DNA of 62,568 nt, filler included. It is 11 parts of 11 records of this genome, joined end to end, with 100 filler letters (N's around TTAATTAATTAA, not from the genome) between each part and the next. Parts side by side here need not be neighbours in the genome. Positions count along the whole stretch, not along the records: positions 28,344 to 31,714 come from SRR20825010_4090; positions 31,815 to 43,384 come from SRR20825010_4094; 9 more parts are not named here. One strand, 5' to 3'. Shown piece by piece: positions 29,492 to 39,000 of this stretch. Within the stretch, counting starts at the first letter, position 1. Every line of letters begins with the position of its first letter. The translations under genes and the position numbers were made by a program. The notes under the pieces are model-generated. The model ran no database searches. It worked only from the letters and a program-made list of their open reading frames with translations, and was not told the DNA's origin.

Positions 29492-31099
29492 TCAGGCTTC
29501 GTGATTGATGAGCAGCTTGTAAGCGGGAAGAGTCAGGAACTCTTCGCATTCTTCGGCGGTGGCCATTTCGGCAAAGATGCGGATCGCATCGTCGAAATGA
29601 CCCGATGTCCAGCGCGCGTCGCCGAGCGTTTCGCGCAGGGATTTCATTTCGTCGTCCAGCACGGACTTGAAGAGTTCCGGTGTGACCTTGCGGCCATCGG
29701 AAAGCGATGCGCCGTGATAGATCCACTGCCAGATCTGCGTGCGGCTGATTTCAGCCGTCGCGGCATCTTCCATGAGATTGTAGAGCGGCACGGCACCACG
29801 GCCACCGATCCATGCTTCGATATATTGCACACCGACGCGCACGCATTCGCGCATGCCGTCTTCTGTGCGTTCGCCCTTATGCGGCTCAAGCAATTCTTTC
29901 TGGCCGACATTGACGTCCTGACGCTGGCGCGACAGCTGGTTGGGGCCTGTGAGTTTGCCAAAGATTTCCATGGCGACGGGCACGAGATCAGGATGCGCGA
30001 CCCATGTGCCGTCATGGCCATTTGTGCTTTCGCGATCTTTGTCCGCGCGCACTTTGTTGAATGCGGCGAGGTTGGCTTCTTCATCGCCCTTCACAGGGAT
30101 CTGGGCGGCCATGCCGCCCATCGCGAAGGCACCGCGCTCGTGGCAGGTCTTGACCAGCAGGAGCGAATAGGCGTTCAGGAAGGCGCTGCCCATGACAACG
30201 GAGGCGCGGTCGGGCAGAAGGTAGTTCGGGTTTTTGCCCAGACGCTTGATATAGCTGAAGATATAGTCCCAGCGGCCGCAATTGAGGCCGACAATGTGGT
30301 CCTTCAGCTCGAACAGGATTTCGTGCATCTCGAAAGCGGCAGGCAGTGTCTCGATCAGGATTGTCGATTTGATCGTGCCATTGGCAATGCCGAGTTCTTT
30401 CTGGGCATGGACGAATACGTCGTTCCAGAGGCGGGCTTCCAGATGGCTTTCCATCTTGGGCAGGTAGAAATAGGGGCCGGTCTTGTGGGCCTTGAGCTTC
30501 TTGGCATTGTGGAAGAAGTAGAGGCCGAAATCGAAGAGCGAGCCGGACATGGGCTGGCCGTCCACTTCGACATGGGCTTCTTCAAGGTGCCAGCCGCGCG
30601 GGCGCACATTGAGAACGGCATGCTTGTCGGAGACGTTATAGGTCTTGCCGTTGCTCTCGTCGGTGAAGCCGATCTTGCCGTCCCAGTAATCCATCAGGTT
30701 CAGCTGGCCACCGATCATGTTGTCCCATGTGGGGGCGGCGGCGTCTTCAAAGTCGGTCATATAGGACTGCGCACCGGAATTCAGCGCGTTGATGACCATC
30801 TTGCGGTTATCGACGGGGCCGGTGATTTCCACGCGACGGTCGAGCAGGTCCTGCGGGATCGGGGCGACTTTCCAGTCACCTTCGCGAACCGACTTGGTTT
30901 CGGGCAGGAAGTCGGGCAATTCGCCAGCATCGAATTTCTTCTGGCGTTCGGCGCGGGCGGCCAGCAACTCACGGCGGCGAGCACCGAACTTGCGCTCAAG
31001 CGTGCCGATAAAGGCCAGCGCCTCGTCTGTAAGGATGCGGTCGAAGCCGGGCTTCATGGCGCCGCGAACCTGGATGCCGTCGTTTTTCGTCGTGGTCAT
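29492..31099 (-). CDS. aceB: Malate synthase A
   Basis: RRVEITGP, LNCGRWDYIFS and LMEDAATAEISR motifs; about 535 aa. Start set at MTTTK. Confidence 0.96.
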   Translation of the reverse strand: MTTTKNDGIQVRGAMKPGFDRILTDEALAFIGTLERKFGARRRELLAARAERQKKFDAGELPDFLPETKSVREGDWKVAPIPQDLLDRRVEITGPVDNRKMVINALNSGAQSYMTDFEDAAAPTWDNMIGGQLNLMDYWDGKIGFTDESNGKTYNVSDKHAVLNVRPRGWHLEEAHVEVDGQPMSGSLFDFGLYFFHNAKKLKAHKTGPYFYLPKMESHLEARLWNDVFVHAQKELGIANGTIKSTILIETLPAAFEMHEILFELKDHIVGLNCGRWDYIFSYIKRLGKNPNYLLPDRASVVMGSAFLNAYSLLLVKTCHERGAFAMGGMAAQIPVKGDEEANLAAFNKVRADKDRESTNGHDGTWVAHPDLVPVAMEIFGKLTGPNQLSRQRQDVNVGQKELLEPHKGERTEDGMRECVRVGVQYIEAWIGGRGAVPLYNLMEDAATAEISRTQIWQWIYHGASLSDGRKVTPELFKSVLDDEMKSLRETLGDARWTSGHFDDAIRIFAEMATAEECEEFLTLPAYKLLINHEA

Positions 31100-31197
31100 A
31101 TGCTCTCTCCGGTTCCTGATCTCGGCGAGGTCATACATCCACAACAAGCAAATGTCCAAAACAAACCTAAACTATTGAAATTGTTAAAGTAAAGAAG

Positions 31198-31247
31198 TTC
31201 ACAAAACTGCTTGTAAATTTTGTTGTGTGTGTAAATTTTGTAAATTA
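31198..31247. promoter_or_regulatory. Candidate RamB/ScfR operator array
   Basis: TTCACAAA-N4-CTTGTAAA; TGTAAAT at 31212, 31230 and 31239 in the divergent aceB/regulator promoter. Confidence 0.6.
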
Positions 31248-31286
31248 TGATGCCGCAAAACAGCCCTTTTGAGGGGAGTTCCGGGT

Positions 31287-31714
31287 ATGGCGTCAGAGAA
31301 AAAAGTCTTTGCAGGTCCACGCGTTAGACGGTTAAGGCGCGAGCGGAACCTGACGCAGGCGCGCATGGCATCCGACCTTGGCATTTCGGCCAGCTATCTC
31401 AATCTGATCGAACGCAACCAGCGCCCCATGTCGGCGCAAATTCTGCTCAAACTTGCCGAAACTTACGATATCGAGCTGAAAAGCCTCGGTGGTGACGACG
31501 AGGCCAAGGCGCTGACGGCGTTGAAAGAGGTGTTTTCTGATCCTCTGTTCCGTGATTCCGGCCTCAGCCCGCAGGATATTCAGGAAGTGGCTGCCGCCAG
31601 TCCGACGAGTGCGGAAGCGATTTCCGCTCTCTATCGCGCCTATCAGGAAGCGGTGGTGAACACGTCTCTGCTGGCCGAACGGCTGGCCGACCGCGATCTG
31701 CTGGATGGTGGCCA
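31287..31714 (+). CDS. RamB/ScfR-family XRE regulator (3' truncated)
   Basis: KVFAGPRVRRLRRE...LGISASYLNLIERNQRP; divergent from aceBA. Confidence 0.88.
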
Positions 31715-31814
31715 NNNNNNNNNNNNNNNNNNNNNNNNNNNNNNNNNNNNNNNNNNNNTTAATTAATTAANNNNNNNNNNNNNNNNNNNNNNNNNNNNNN
31801 NNNNNNNNNNNNNN
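31715..31814. other. Artificial contig-joining spacer
   Basis: 44 N + TTAATTAATTAA + 44 N. Confidence 0.98.
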
Positions 31815-32486
31815 GACGACACGATCATAATAGCCCGTGCCTTCGACAAAGGCCTTGTTGCCTGAAGACGTCAGACCGATGACTTCAATGTCGGGACGCT
31901 GAGACATGAGATAGGCAACGCCAAGCGACGTCTTGGAGGATGCACTGGAAAGCACAACAGCTTTTGCACCGAAAAAATCATTATCGGCAATGAGATCGTC
32001 AATGAAGAAAGCGGTCTTGAACAAAGGTCCGAGAAGCGATTGTGCATCTTCATGCGCTGCGTCGTAAGTCGCATCGCCGGCCACACGCGAATATTGATTA
32101 TAGACCAGCGCCAGATGAGAGCGATGTTCTCCAGACTCGACAAAGCCTGCGGGACGGATGCGCGATGGCGTCAGAACAACATGGCTCGACATTGGCCAAT
32201 ATCCGTAGAGACGCTCGCCAACCGCGATGCCGTCGCATTTGCTTTCCACCACATCGGCAAAGCCCCAGACCGGAATACGGCCATAACCTTCAGGAGCGGG
32301 AAAGAAATCCCAATACTGCATAGCCTCGCCGAAAGCCGCATAGGTGACATTGTTGGAGGTGAAAGCAAATTTGTCGACCTTCAACAAAATCTGCCCCTCA
32401 CCCAAAGCAGGCAGCACAGTCTCGACCAGCTTATGATCACGCAGATCTTTACGCGCGACGATAAAATCCAAACTTGTCTGCGACAT
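31815..32486 (-). CDS. DUF2855-family protein (3' truncated)
   Basis: FAFTSNNVTYA, YWDFFP, IPVWGFA and SSASSKT motifs. Confidence 0.75.
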
Positions 32487-32526
32487 GTGCCGCCTCGCTT
32501 TCTTTCATCTTAACAAAAGCAAATTA

Positions 32527-33336
32527 TTAGAATTTGCCTTTTTCAATCTTGAAAATATCCGGGTTGGCCGGATCAGCAACATAAGACAAACGCAGGATGG
32601 CAATACGCTTTGTAGCCGCATCATCCTTGGCAACGCCCGCATCTTTTGTCTTATCTTTGGTGTCCTTGACGGACGTATCCTTAGCGTCGGACTTGGCTTT
32701 CGCATCATCCGCCTGTTTCACTTGCCCTTCCTGAAAGAGCAAGGTCACAAGATGACCTTCCAAATCGCGCCCCGCGAACACGCGCACTGCATTGGGACCG
32801 ATCTTTTGGTTGACGCTTACCGTTTTTGGATCAAACCCCTGATCGGCCAGATAATTACCGAGAATATTGGCAGCAGTTGCAATCTTCGTCGGTTCAATGT
32901 CAGGCGAGAGCTGTGAACCCATCACGACATTGACCTGAATAAGCTGCTTGGATTCATAACCGAAAATATAAACGATCTCAGCAATGCCACTATCAGGCAC
33001 GACATCCTTGACGCGGATCGCGAGAAGTTTCGTCTTTTCCGTATCGCTTTTACCAACAATGATCTTGTCATCGGCAATACCAAAATCCTTGTTGATTGCC
33101 TGACGCACAGTAGCTTCATCGTCACCGAAGGAGGCAGAGCGAAAGCCCGTGACCACAATAGGTGTCTTGGAAGCGGCAGTCGCACGCGCCTGCTGCGTCT
33201 GCGTATCCAAGGACGCGCTGGAGCCGGGCAGATATTTGACAACCAGCACCGTGATAATGACCGTCACCAGCACAAGCGCCAGGACGCCTGCAATGATGGT
33301 CGCGCTGGAATAATCGGAAATTTTCGATTTAGACAT
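32527..33336 (-). CDS. Membrane-anchored hypothetical protein with a Lys/Asp-rich insert
   Basis: Single N-terminal TM helix; GFRSASFG and YIFGYESK blocks; LRLSY...PDIF end. Start set at MSKSK. Confidence 0.7.
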   Translation of the reverse strand: MSKSKISDYSSATIIAGVLALVLVTVIITVLVVKYLPGSSASLDTQTQQARATAASKTPIVVTGFRSASFGDDEATVRQAINKDFGIADDKIIVGKSDTEKTKLLAIRVKDVVPDSGIAEIVYIFGYESKQLIQVNVVMGSQLSPDIEPTKIATAANILGNYLADQGFDPKTVSVNQKIGPNAVRVFAGRDLEGHLVTLLFQEGQVKQADDAKAKSDAKDTSVKDTKDKTKDAGVAKDDAATKRIAILRLSYVADPANPDIFKIEKGKF

Positions 33337-33391
33337 AGTTAGCTCTGGCCTCCTCGGCCAATCGAATTGTTGCAAACAGCATTTGAAAGGT

Positions 33392-34510
33392 TCAGTCGGC
33401 GTAGGCGTATTTGCCGCCTCTCCAGGCATAGAAAACATAGCCCGGTGCATCCATGTCGCCCTTGGCATCGAAGCCGACAGAGCCGAGCACCGTGTCGAAA
33501 TGTTCAGACTTCAAAGTCGCTTCCACTTTGGCGCTATCAGTTGTGCCCGCCTTTTCGGCTGCGGCGGCCCATGCCTGAATAGCCGCATATGTATATAGCG
33601 TATAGGCTTCCGGCTCATAATTTTCGGCGCGGAATTCGGCGACCAGCTTATCATTGGCCGCATTGAGACGCGGATCAGGACCGAAGGTCATGAGCGTCCC
33701 TTCGCCTGCATCGCCCGTGATTGACCAGAATTCGTCCGTAACCAGCGCGTCGCCACCGATGAGAATGGTGGACAGCCCCTGTTCACGCATCTGGCGCACG
33801 AGAAGACCGCCTTCGGTCTTGTATCCGCCGAAATAAAGCACATCGGCATTGGCCTGCTTGAGCTTGGAAATCAGCGGGCTGTAATCCTTTTCACCAGCGG
33901 AAATGGATTCATGCAGCACTTCTTCGACGCCAGCTTCGTTGAGCGCCTTTGAGAACTCATCGGCCAGACCTGCGCCATAGGTCGACTTGTCATCGACAAC
34001 AGCTATGCGCTGGCCTGCGAATTTGGACACGACATAAGCCGCGGCGGTCGGGCCTTGCGCATCGTCACGGCCACAGACACGGAATGTATTGGCCATACCG
34101 CGCTCGGTGAATTCGGGATTGGTGGAGGCCGGTGTGATCTGGATGATGTCAGCTTCGGCATAGACATCAGATGCGGGAATGGACGAGCCGGAGCAATAAT
34201 GACCAGCCACGAAAACCGCCCCTTTGGACACCATGTCATTGGCAACGCTGACCGCCTGTTTGGGATCACAGGCATCGTCACCGATTTCAAGTTTGAGTTG
34301 CTTGCCCAGCACGCCGCCTGCGGCATTGATATCGGCCACTGCCTTCTCAGCTCCGTGGACGAACTGCTCGCCAAAGACAGCCTCACTGCCCGAGATCGGC
34401 CCTGCAACACCGATCGTGATCGTATCGGAGGCGGCTTTGTTCTCTTTCTGGTCGCAAGCGGCGAGGCCGAGCGACAGAACGGCAACGGCGGCTATAAGCA
34501 AACGGTTCAT
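33392..34510 (-). CDS. livJ: Branched-chain amino acid ABC binding protein (LivJ/K-like lipoprotein)
   Basis: Lipobox LAAC; DDACDPKQA, GHYCSGSS and RVCGRDD motifs. Confidence 0.9.
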   Translation of the reverse strand: MNRLLIAAVAVLSLGLAACDQKENKAASDTITIGVAGPISGSEAVFGEQFVHGAEKAVADINAAGGVLGKQLKLEIGDDACDPKQAVSVANDMVSKGAVFVAGHYCSGSSIPASDVYAEADIIQITPASTNPEFTERGMANTFRVCGRDDAQGPTAAAYVVSKFAGQRIAVVDDKSTYGAGLADEFSKALNEAGVEEVLHESISAGEKDYSPLISKLKQANADVLYFGGYKTEGGLLVRQMREQGLSTILIGGDALVTDEFWSITGDAGEGTLMTFGPDPRLNAANDKLVAEFRAENYEPEAYTLYTYAAIQAWAAAAEKAGTTDSAKVEATLKSEHFDTVLGSVGFDAKGDMDAPGYVFYAWRGGKYAYAD

Positions 34511-34641
34511 GAATCTTCCCCGGAATAATGAAATATGCAACAGCATAGCCTCAAATGTCGCCCATCCGGAACCGTCTAATGGGATTGATCCGGAGGAATT
34601 GGCAAGAAGATGACATTTTAGGCTGCAAGCGGGACCCGCAC

Positions 34642-35010
34642 TCAGCTACGGCGACTATAAAACAACAGCCAAGCTCGACTAAATTCCCAGGGATATTGCC
34701 GGACCATCTGACGCGATCGCGCAATATGGAAAGCGATAAAAGCGATCAGAACAAGCAATGCGGTGTCAGCAACATATCCCCGCGGCGAAACCAGATCGCC
34801 TTCAAAAAGCGCAAAGACAAGAAACCGGTCGGCAAAGCCCAATAGCATCGCATAGACAAGAAGCTGCCATTGCGGACGCCAGTTAAGCGCAAGCGCACGA
34901 CCCGTCATCCATGCGCAACCGCCACCCAGCATGAGCGTGACCCCAAGCGTCACACCGAAGGATGTGGCTGTGACTTGCTCAACAACACCAATCAGACCGG
35001 CAAGGCTCAT
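34642..35010 (-). CDS. Small membrane protein inside the liv operon (DUF6867-like)
   Basis: Three TM helices; WMTGRALALNWRP and QMVRQYPW; overlaps the livF stop. Confidence 0.7.
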   Translation of the reverse strand: MSLAGLIGVVEQVTATSFGVTLGVTLMLGGGCAWMTGRALALNWRPQWQLLVYAMLLGFADRFLVFALFEGDLVSPRGYVADTALLVLIAFIAFHIARSRQMVRQYPWEFSRAWLLFYSRRS

Positions 35011-35741
35011 GAGGCCACCTCGGCTTTAGGCGCACTGCCCTCCAGATAGGCCGCACGCACAGCGGGGTCTTTCAGCAATGCAGCACCAGAACCACTGATC
35101 TCAATACGACCATTGACGATGATATGAGCTTCATCAGCAAGTTTCAGCGCCTGAAAGGCGTTTTGCTCAACCAGCAGAATTGTCATGCCGTCAGCTCGGT
35201 TGATCTCCGCAATATTTGCAAAGAGTTGTTTGGTAATGAGCGGTGCGAGACCAAGCGAAGGTTCATCAAGCAGGAGAAGCCGCGGTCGGCTCATCAGCGC
35301 ACGGCCAATAGCAAGCATCTGCTGCTCGCCGCCCGACAAAGTGCCGCCACGCTGTGTAAGACGCTCCCTGAGACGCGGGAAGAGTGTCAGCACACGCTCA
35401 AGATCTTCATCGAAGAACTTCGGATCAGCGACAATAGCCCCTGTCTGGAGATTTTCATGCACGCTCATGCGTCCGAAAATACGTCGTCCCTCAGGAGAAT
35501 GGGCTATGCCCGCACGCGCGATCTCATGCGTGGCCAAACCCGTGATGTCACGCCCATCAAAAATGATCTCGCCTGCACTGGCGCGGGGCTCCCCGCAAAT
35601 CGTCATAAGGAGCGTGGTCTTACCCGCACCATTGGCACCGATGAGAGAAACGATCTTGCCTTCCGGCACATCTAGATCAATGCCATGCAATGCCTCGATC
35701 CGGCCATATCCGGAAATCAGTCCACGGATGCATAACATCAA
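35007..35741 (-). CDS. livF: ABC ATPase LivF
   Basis: GANGAGKT, LSGGEQQM, DEPSLGLAP. Confidence 0.92.
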   Translation of the reverse strand: MMLCIRGLISGYGRIEALHGIDLDVPEGKIVSLIGANGAGKTTLLMTICGEPRASAGEIIFDGRDITGLATHEIARAGIAHSPEGRRIFGRMSVHENLQTGAIVADPKFFDEDLERVLTLFPRLRERLTQRGGTLSGGEQQMLAIGRALMSRPRLLLLDEPSLGLAPLITKQLFANIAEINRADGMTILLVEQNAFQALKLADEAHIIVNGRIEISGSGAALLKDPAVRAAYLEGSAPKAEVAS

Positions 35742-36574
35742 ACCGCTCCCTCTATAACGGCTTCGGTTTCTTCCTCATCCTCGACACCCAGATAGGCACG
35801 GATAACCTGCGGATCGGCACGCACCTCAGCCGGTGTACCCTCGGCAATGAGACGCCCTTGCTCCAGCACATTGATACGATCAGAAATCTGCATGACGACA
35901 CTCATGTCATGCTCGATCAGCAGAATGGAAATCTTGTGCTCGTTCCGAATGGTCAGCAGCAATTCGTTCAGCGCCAGACTTTCAGACGGATTGAGACCGG
36001 CAGCAGGTTCATCGAGACAAAGAAGGTGCGGATTTGCGCACATAGCACGCGCGATTTCGAGCCGACGCTGCGATCCGTAAGGCAAGCTGCCTGCAAGTGT
36101 GTCAGCCTCTGCCGCAAGGCCGGTGCGATCAAGCCAGTAGCGTGCAAGATCACGCGCCTGGCGCTCCGCCTTGACATAGGAATTCAGTTTCAAAAATCCG
36201 GCGACAGAAAACATCGAAGCTTTCTGGAGCGCCACATGCTGCGCAACCATAAGATTCTCGGCGACACTCATGGCCGGAAAAAGGCGGATATTCTGGAAGC
36301 TGCGCACAACACCGATACGCGCAATGCGGAACCCGTCCATGCGTTCCAGATAATGCGTCTGACCATCAGGATGATGAAACGAAATACGCCCCACATCAGG
36401 CTTGTAGAAACCCGTGATGCAATTAAAGGCGGTGGTTTTGCCCGCGCCATTAGGTCCGATCAATGCCGTTATGTCACCTGCAGTAGCGGTAAAACTCAGA
36501 TCGTCAATTGCAACCAATCCACCAAAACGGATGGTGAGATGCTCGACGCTGAGAACAGGATTGCGCGCGCTCAT
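35738..36574 (-). CDS. livG: ABC ATPase LivG
   Basis: GPNGAGKTT, FQNIRLF, DEPAAGLN. Confidence 0.92.
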   Translation of the reverse strand: MSARNPVLSVEHLTIRFGGLVAIDDLSFTATAGDITALIGPNGAGKTTAFNCITGFYKPDVGRISFHHPDGQTHYLERMDGFRIARIGVVRSFQNIRLFPAMSVAENLMVAQHVALQKASMFSVAGFLKLNSYVKAERQARDLARYWLDRTGLAAEADTLAGSLPYGSQRRLEIARAMCANPHLLCLDEPAAGLNPSESLALNELLLTIRNEHKISILLIEHDMSVVMQISDRINVLEQGRLIAEGTPAEVRADPQVIRAYLGVEDEEETEAVIEGAV

Positions 36575-37890
36575 GTCGCCGCCCCTGCTTTAGCCGCATT
36601 AGACGGTGGCGCGTCCGGTGGCCCAAGGGTGAGGGTCGGGTCGCGGTGCGACAGCAGGCCTTTGGGACGCCAGACCATGATGAGAACCATGGCCGCACCA
36701 AATGCAACCATGCGGAACTCGGCAAGATCACGGAACCATTCAGGCAGACCGACGAGAAGAACTGCCGCGAGCACAATACCGATTTGCGAGCCCATACCGC
36801 CCAGCACGACAATGGCCAGGATGATCGCACTTTCGATGAAAGTAAAACTTTCAGGGCTGATGAAATTCTGTCGCGCCGCAAAGAATGACCCGGCAAATCC
36901 GGCAAAAGACGCACCTATGGCAAAGGCCGAGAGTTTGATCATTGTCGGGTTGAGACCGAGGCTACGGCAGGCAATTTCATCCTCGCGCAAGGCTTCCCAT
37001 GCCCGACCGATGGGCAGCCGCCGAATACGCAATGTGAAAAAATTGGTCGCCAGCGCAAGAACCAAAATGAGGTAGTAGAGAAAAATCACACGCTGGTCGG
37101 GCGAATAAGCTATGCCGAAAAAATCAGCGAATGTCGTGCCACCTTCACTGGCTCGCGCCTGCATTTCCAATCCGAAAAAGGATGGCCGCGCAATGCCACT
37201 AATCCCGTTAGGACCGCCTGTCATATCCTGCCAGTTGATGAGCACTTCACGGATGATTTCGCCAAAACCCAGCGTGACAATCGCCAGATAGTCGCCACGC
37301 AAACGCAGAACCGGAAAACCGAGCGCAATGCCGAAGCCACCAGCAAAAAGCCCTGCAAGTGGCAGACAAACCCAGAAGGACAGACCGAATGTTTCCGACA
37401 GGACGGCATAAGAATAGGCACCAACGGCATAGAAGGCGACATAGCCAAGATCAAGCAGACCAGCAAGACCAACTACGATATTCAGCCCCCAGCCGAGCAT
37501 CACATAGATGAGAATGAGTGTGGCTTTGTCGACAAGATTGCGGTCAGCAAATCCGAACCACGGCAGGCTGACGGCGATCACGACCATAACCAGCCCGGCA
37601 ATATAGCGTGAACGCTGTGGGGTCATGGAGCGGAAGGTCGTATTGTCTGCAATACGTTGGCTGATGCGGGCGCCAAAATTCTGCACCAGCAGAGAAAAAC
37701 AAAGCCGCCCTGCGAAGACAACAAGGGCGGCATAGACAATCCACATAAGACGCATATCAAGCGCGAGACCGCGCGCAGACGCATCAAGCTTGAACCCCAG
37801 AAGAGGGAATGCAAGCAACGCCGCGACAAGCGCTGCTGCACCTGCATCACGCAACAGGACCATAATCTGAGAACGCGTACCAAAATTCAT
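36571..37890 (-). CDS. livM: ABC permease LivM
   Basis: GLLDLGYVAFYAVGAY, LRGDYLAIVTLGFGEI. Confidence 0.93.
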   Translation of the reverse strand: MNFGTRSQIMVLLRDAGAAALVAALLAFPLLGFKLDASARGLALDMRLMWIVYAALVVFAGRLCFSLLVQNFGARISQRIADNTTFRSMTPQRSRYIAGLVMVVIAVSLPWFGFADRNLVDKATLILIYVMLGWGLNIVVGLAGLLDLGYVAFYAVGAYSYAVLSETFGLSFWVCLPLAGLFAGGFGIALGFPVLRLRGDYLAIVTLGFGEIIREVLINWQDMTGGPNGISGIARPSFFGLEMQARASEGGTTFADFFGIAYSPDQRVIFLYYLILVLALATNFFTLRIRRLPIGRAWEALREDEIACRSLGLNPTMIKLSAFAIGASFAGFAGSFFAARQNFISPESFTFIESAIILAIVVLGGMGSQIGIVLAAVLLVGLPEWFRDLAEFRMVAFGAAMVLIMVWRPKGLLSHRDPTLTLGPPDAPPSNAAKAGAAT

Positions 37891-37893
37891 CGA

Positions 37894-38808
37894 TCAGACC
37901 TTCTCGATTTCGGGACGGCCCAGAAGACCTGTGGGACGGAAAATCAACACGAAAACGAGAATGGAAAAGGCCGCAACATCTTTATATTCAATGCTGAAAT
38001 AGCCTGACCAGAACGCCTCAATCAGGCCGATCAACATACCGCCCAGCATGGCACCGGGCAGCGAACCAATGCCGCCAAGCACAGCGGCTGTAAAGGCTTT
38101 GATGCCGACAATGAAGCCGATATAGAAATCTATCACGCCATAGTAAAGCGTGACCATCAATCCCGCGACTGCAGCCAGCATGGCACCGATTACAAAGGTG
38201 AGCGAGATGGTACGGTCCACATTGACACCCAGTAGCGCGGCCATCTTCATATCTTGCGCAGCAGCACGCTGTGCACGACCGAGGCTTGTATAGCGGATGA
38301 CAAAGCTGAACGCGGCCATGAGCACGATAGTCAGCGCGATAATCATGATCTGGAGATATGAAATCGTAACCTGAAAAGCTCCGTCATTATAGACTTCGAT
38401 CGAGCCCTGAACCATAGGCTGCAGCGGTTTGACGCGCGCGCCCTGCGAAAGCTGAACAAAATTCTGCAGGACAATAGAAACGCCGATGGCTGAAATCAGC
38501 GGGGCCAAGCGTGGCGCACGGCGCAGCGGGCGGTAGGCCACACGCTCGACCGTCCAGCCATAGACGCCGGTAAAAAACATCGCGAAAATCAGAACAAGAA
38601 AGCAGGCCAAAGGCACCGAGGTGATACCCAGTGTGGCCAGCAACATGAAGCCCACCAGCGAGACGAAAGCACCGATCATATAAATATCGCCATGAGCAAA
38701 ATTTATCATGCCGATAATGCCGTAGACCATCGTGTAGCCGATGGCGATGAGGCCGTATGTGGCGCCAAGGGTCACGCCATTAATCAACTGCTGCAGAAAA
38801 TAGGCCAT
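37894..38808 (-). CDS. livH: ABC permease LivH
   Basis: GYTMVYGIIGMINFAHG, KAFTAAVLGGIG. Confidence 0.93.
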   Translation of the reverse strand: MAYFLQQLINGVTLGATYGLIAIGYTMVYGIIGMINFAHGDIYMIGAFVSLVGFMLLATLGITSVPLACFLVLIFAMFFTGVYGWTVERVAYRPLRRAPRLAPLISAIGVSIVLQNFVQLSQGARVKPLQPMVQGSIEVYNDGAFQVTISYLQIMIIALTIVLMAAFSFVIRYTSLGRAQRAAAQDMKMAALLGVNVDRTISLTFVIGAMLAAVAGLMVTLYYGVIDFYIGFIVGIKAFTAAVLGGIGSLPGAMLGGMLIGLIEAFWSGYFSIEYKDVAAFSILVFVLIFRPTGLLGRPEIEKV

Positions 38809-39000
38809 TCGCCGAGCCGAACCCCCGTTTGCCCGTTTTTATCACCCCGCCCACCGTCCTCCCTCAAAAATGGGAAGATCAGGCAAGGCGCAGACACTGC
38901 CATTCAATGACAGAAAGGACAAGCAAGACAATAGGTTGGAGGCCGGAACCGAGAACGCCAATATCCGGCTTTGCCAATATTTTGGGCAGCGAGCGCGAAT

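Noticed and set aside
29501..31192. Long antisense ORFs (also 28358-29431, 35690-37075, 45853-47154, 54570-56141)
   Set aside because: Shadow frames opposite well-conserved genes in GC-rich DNA, with no recognisable motifs.
19046..31714. Tricarballylate cluster physically linked to the glyoxylate shunt
   Set aside because: Metabolically tempting, but a spacer at 28244-28343 intervenes.
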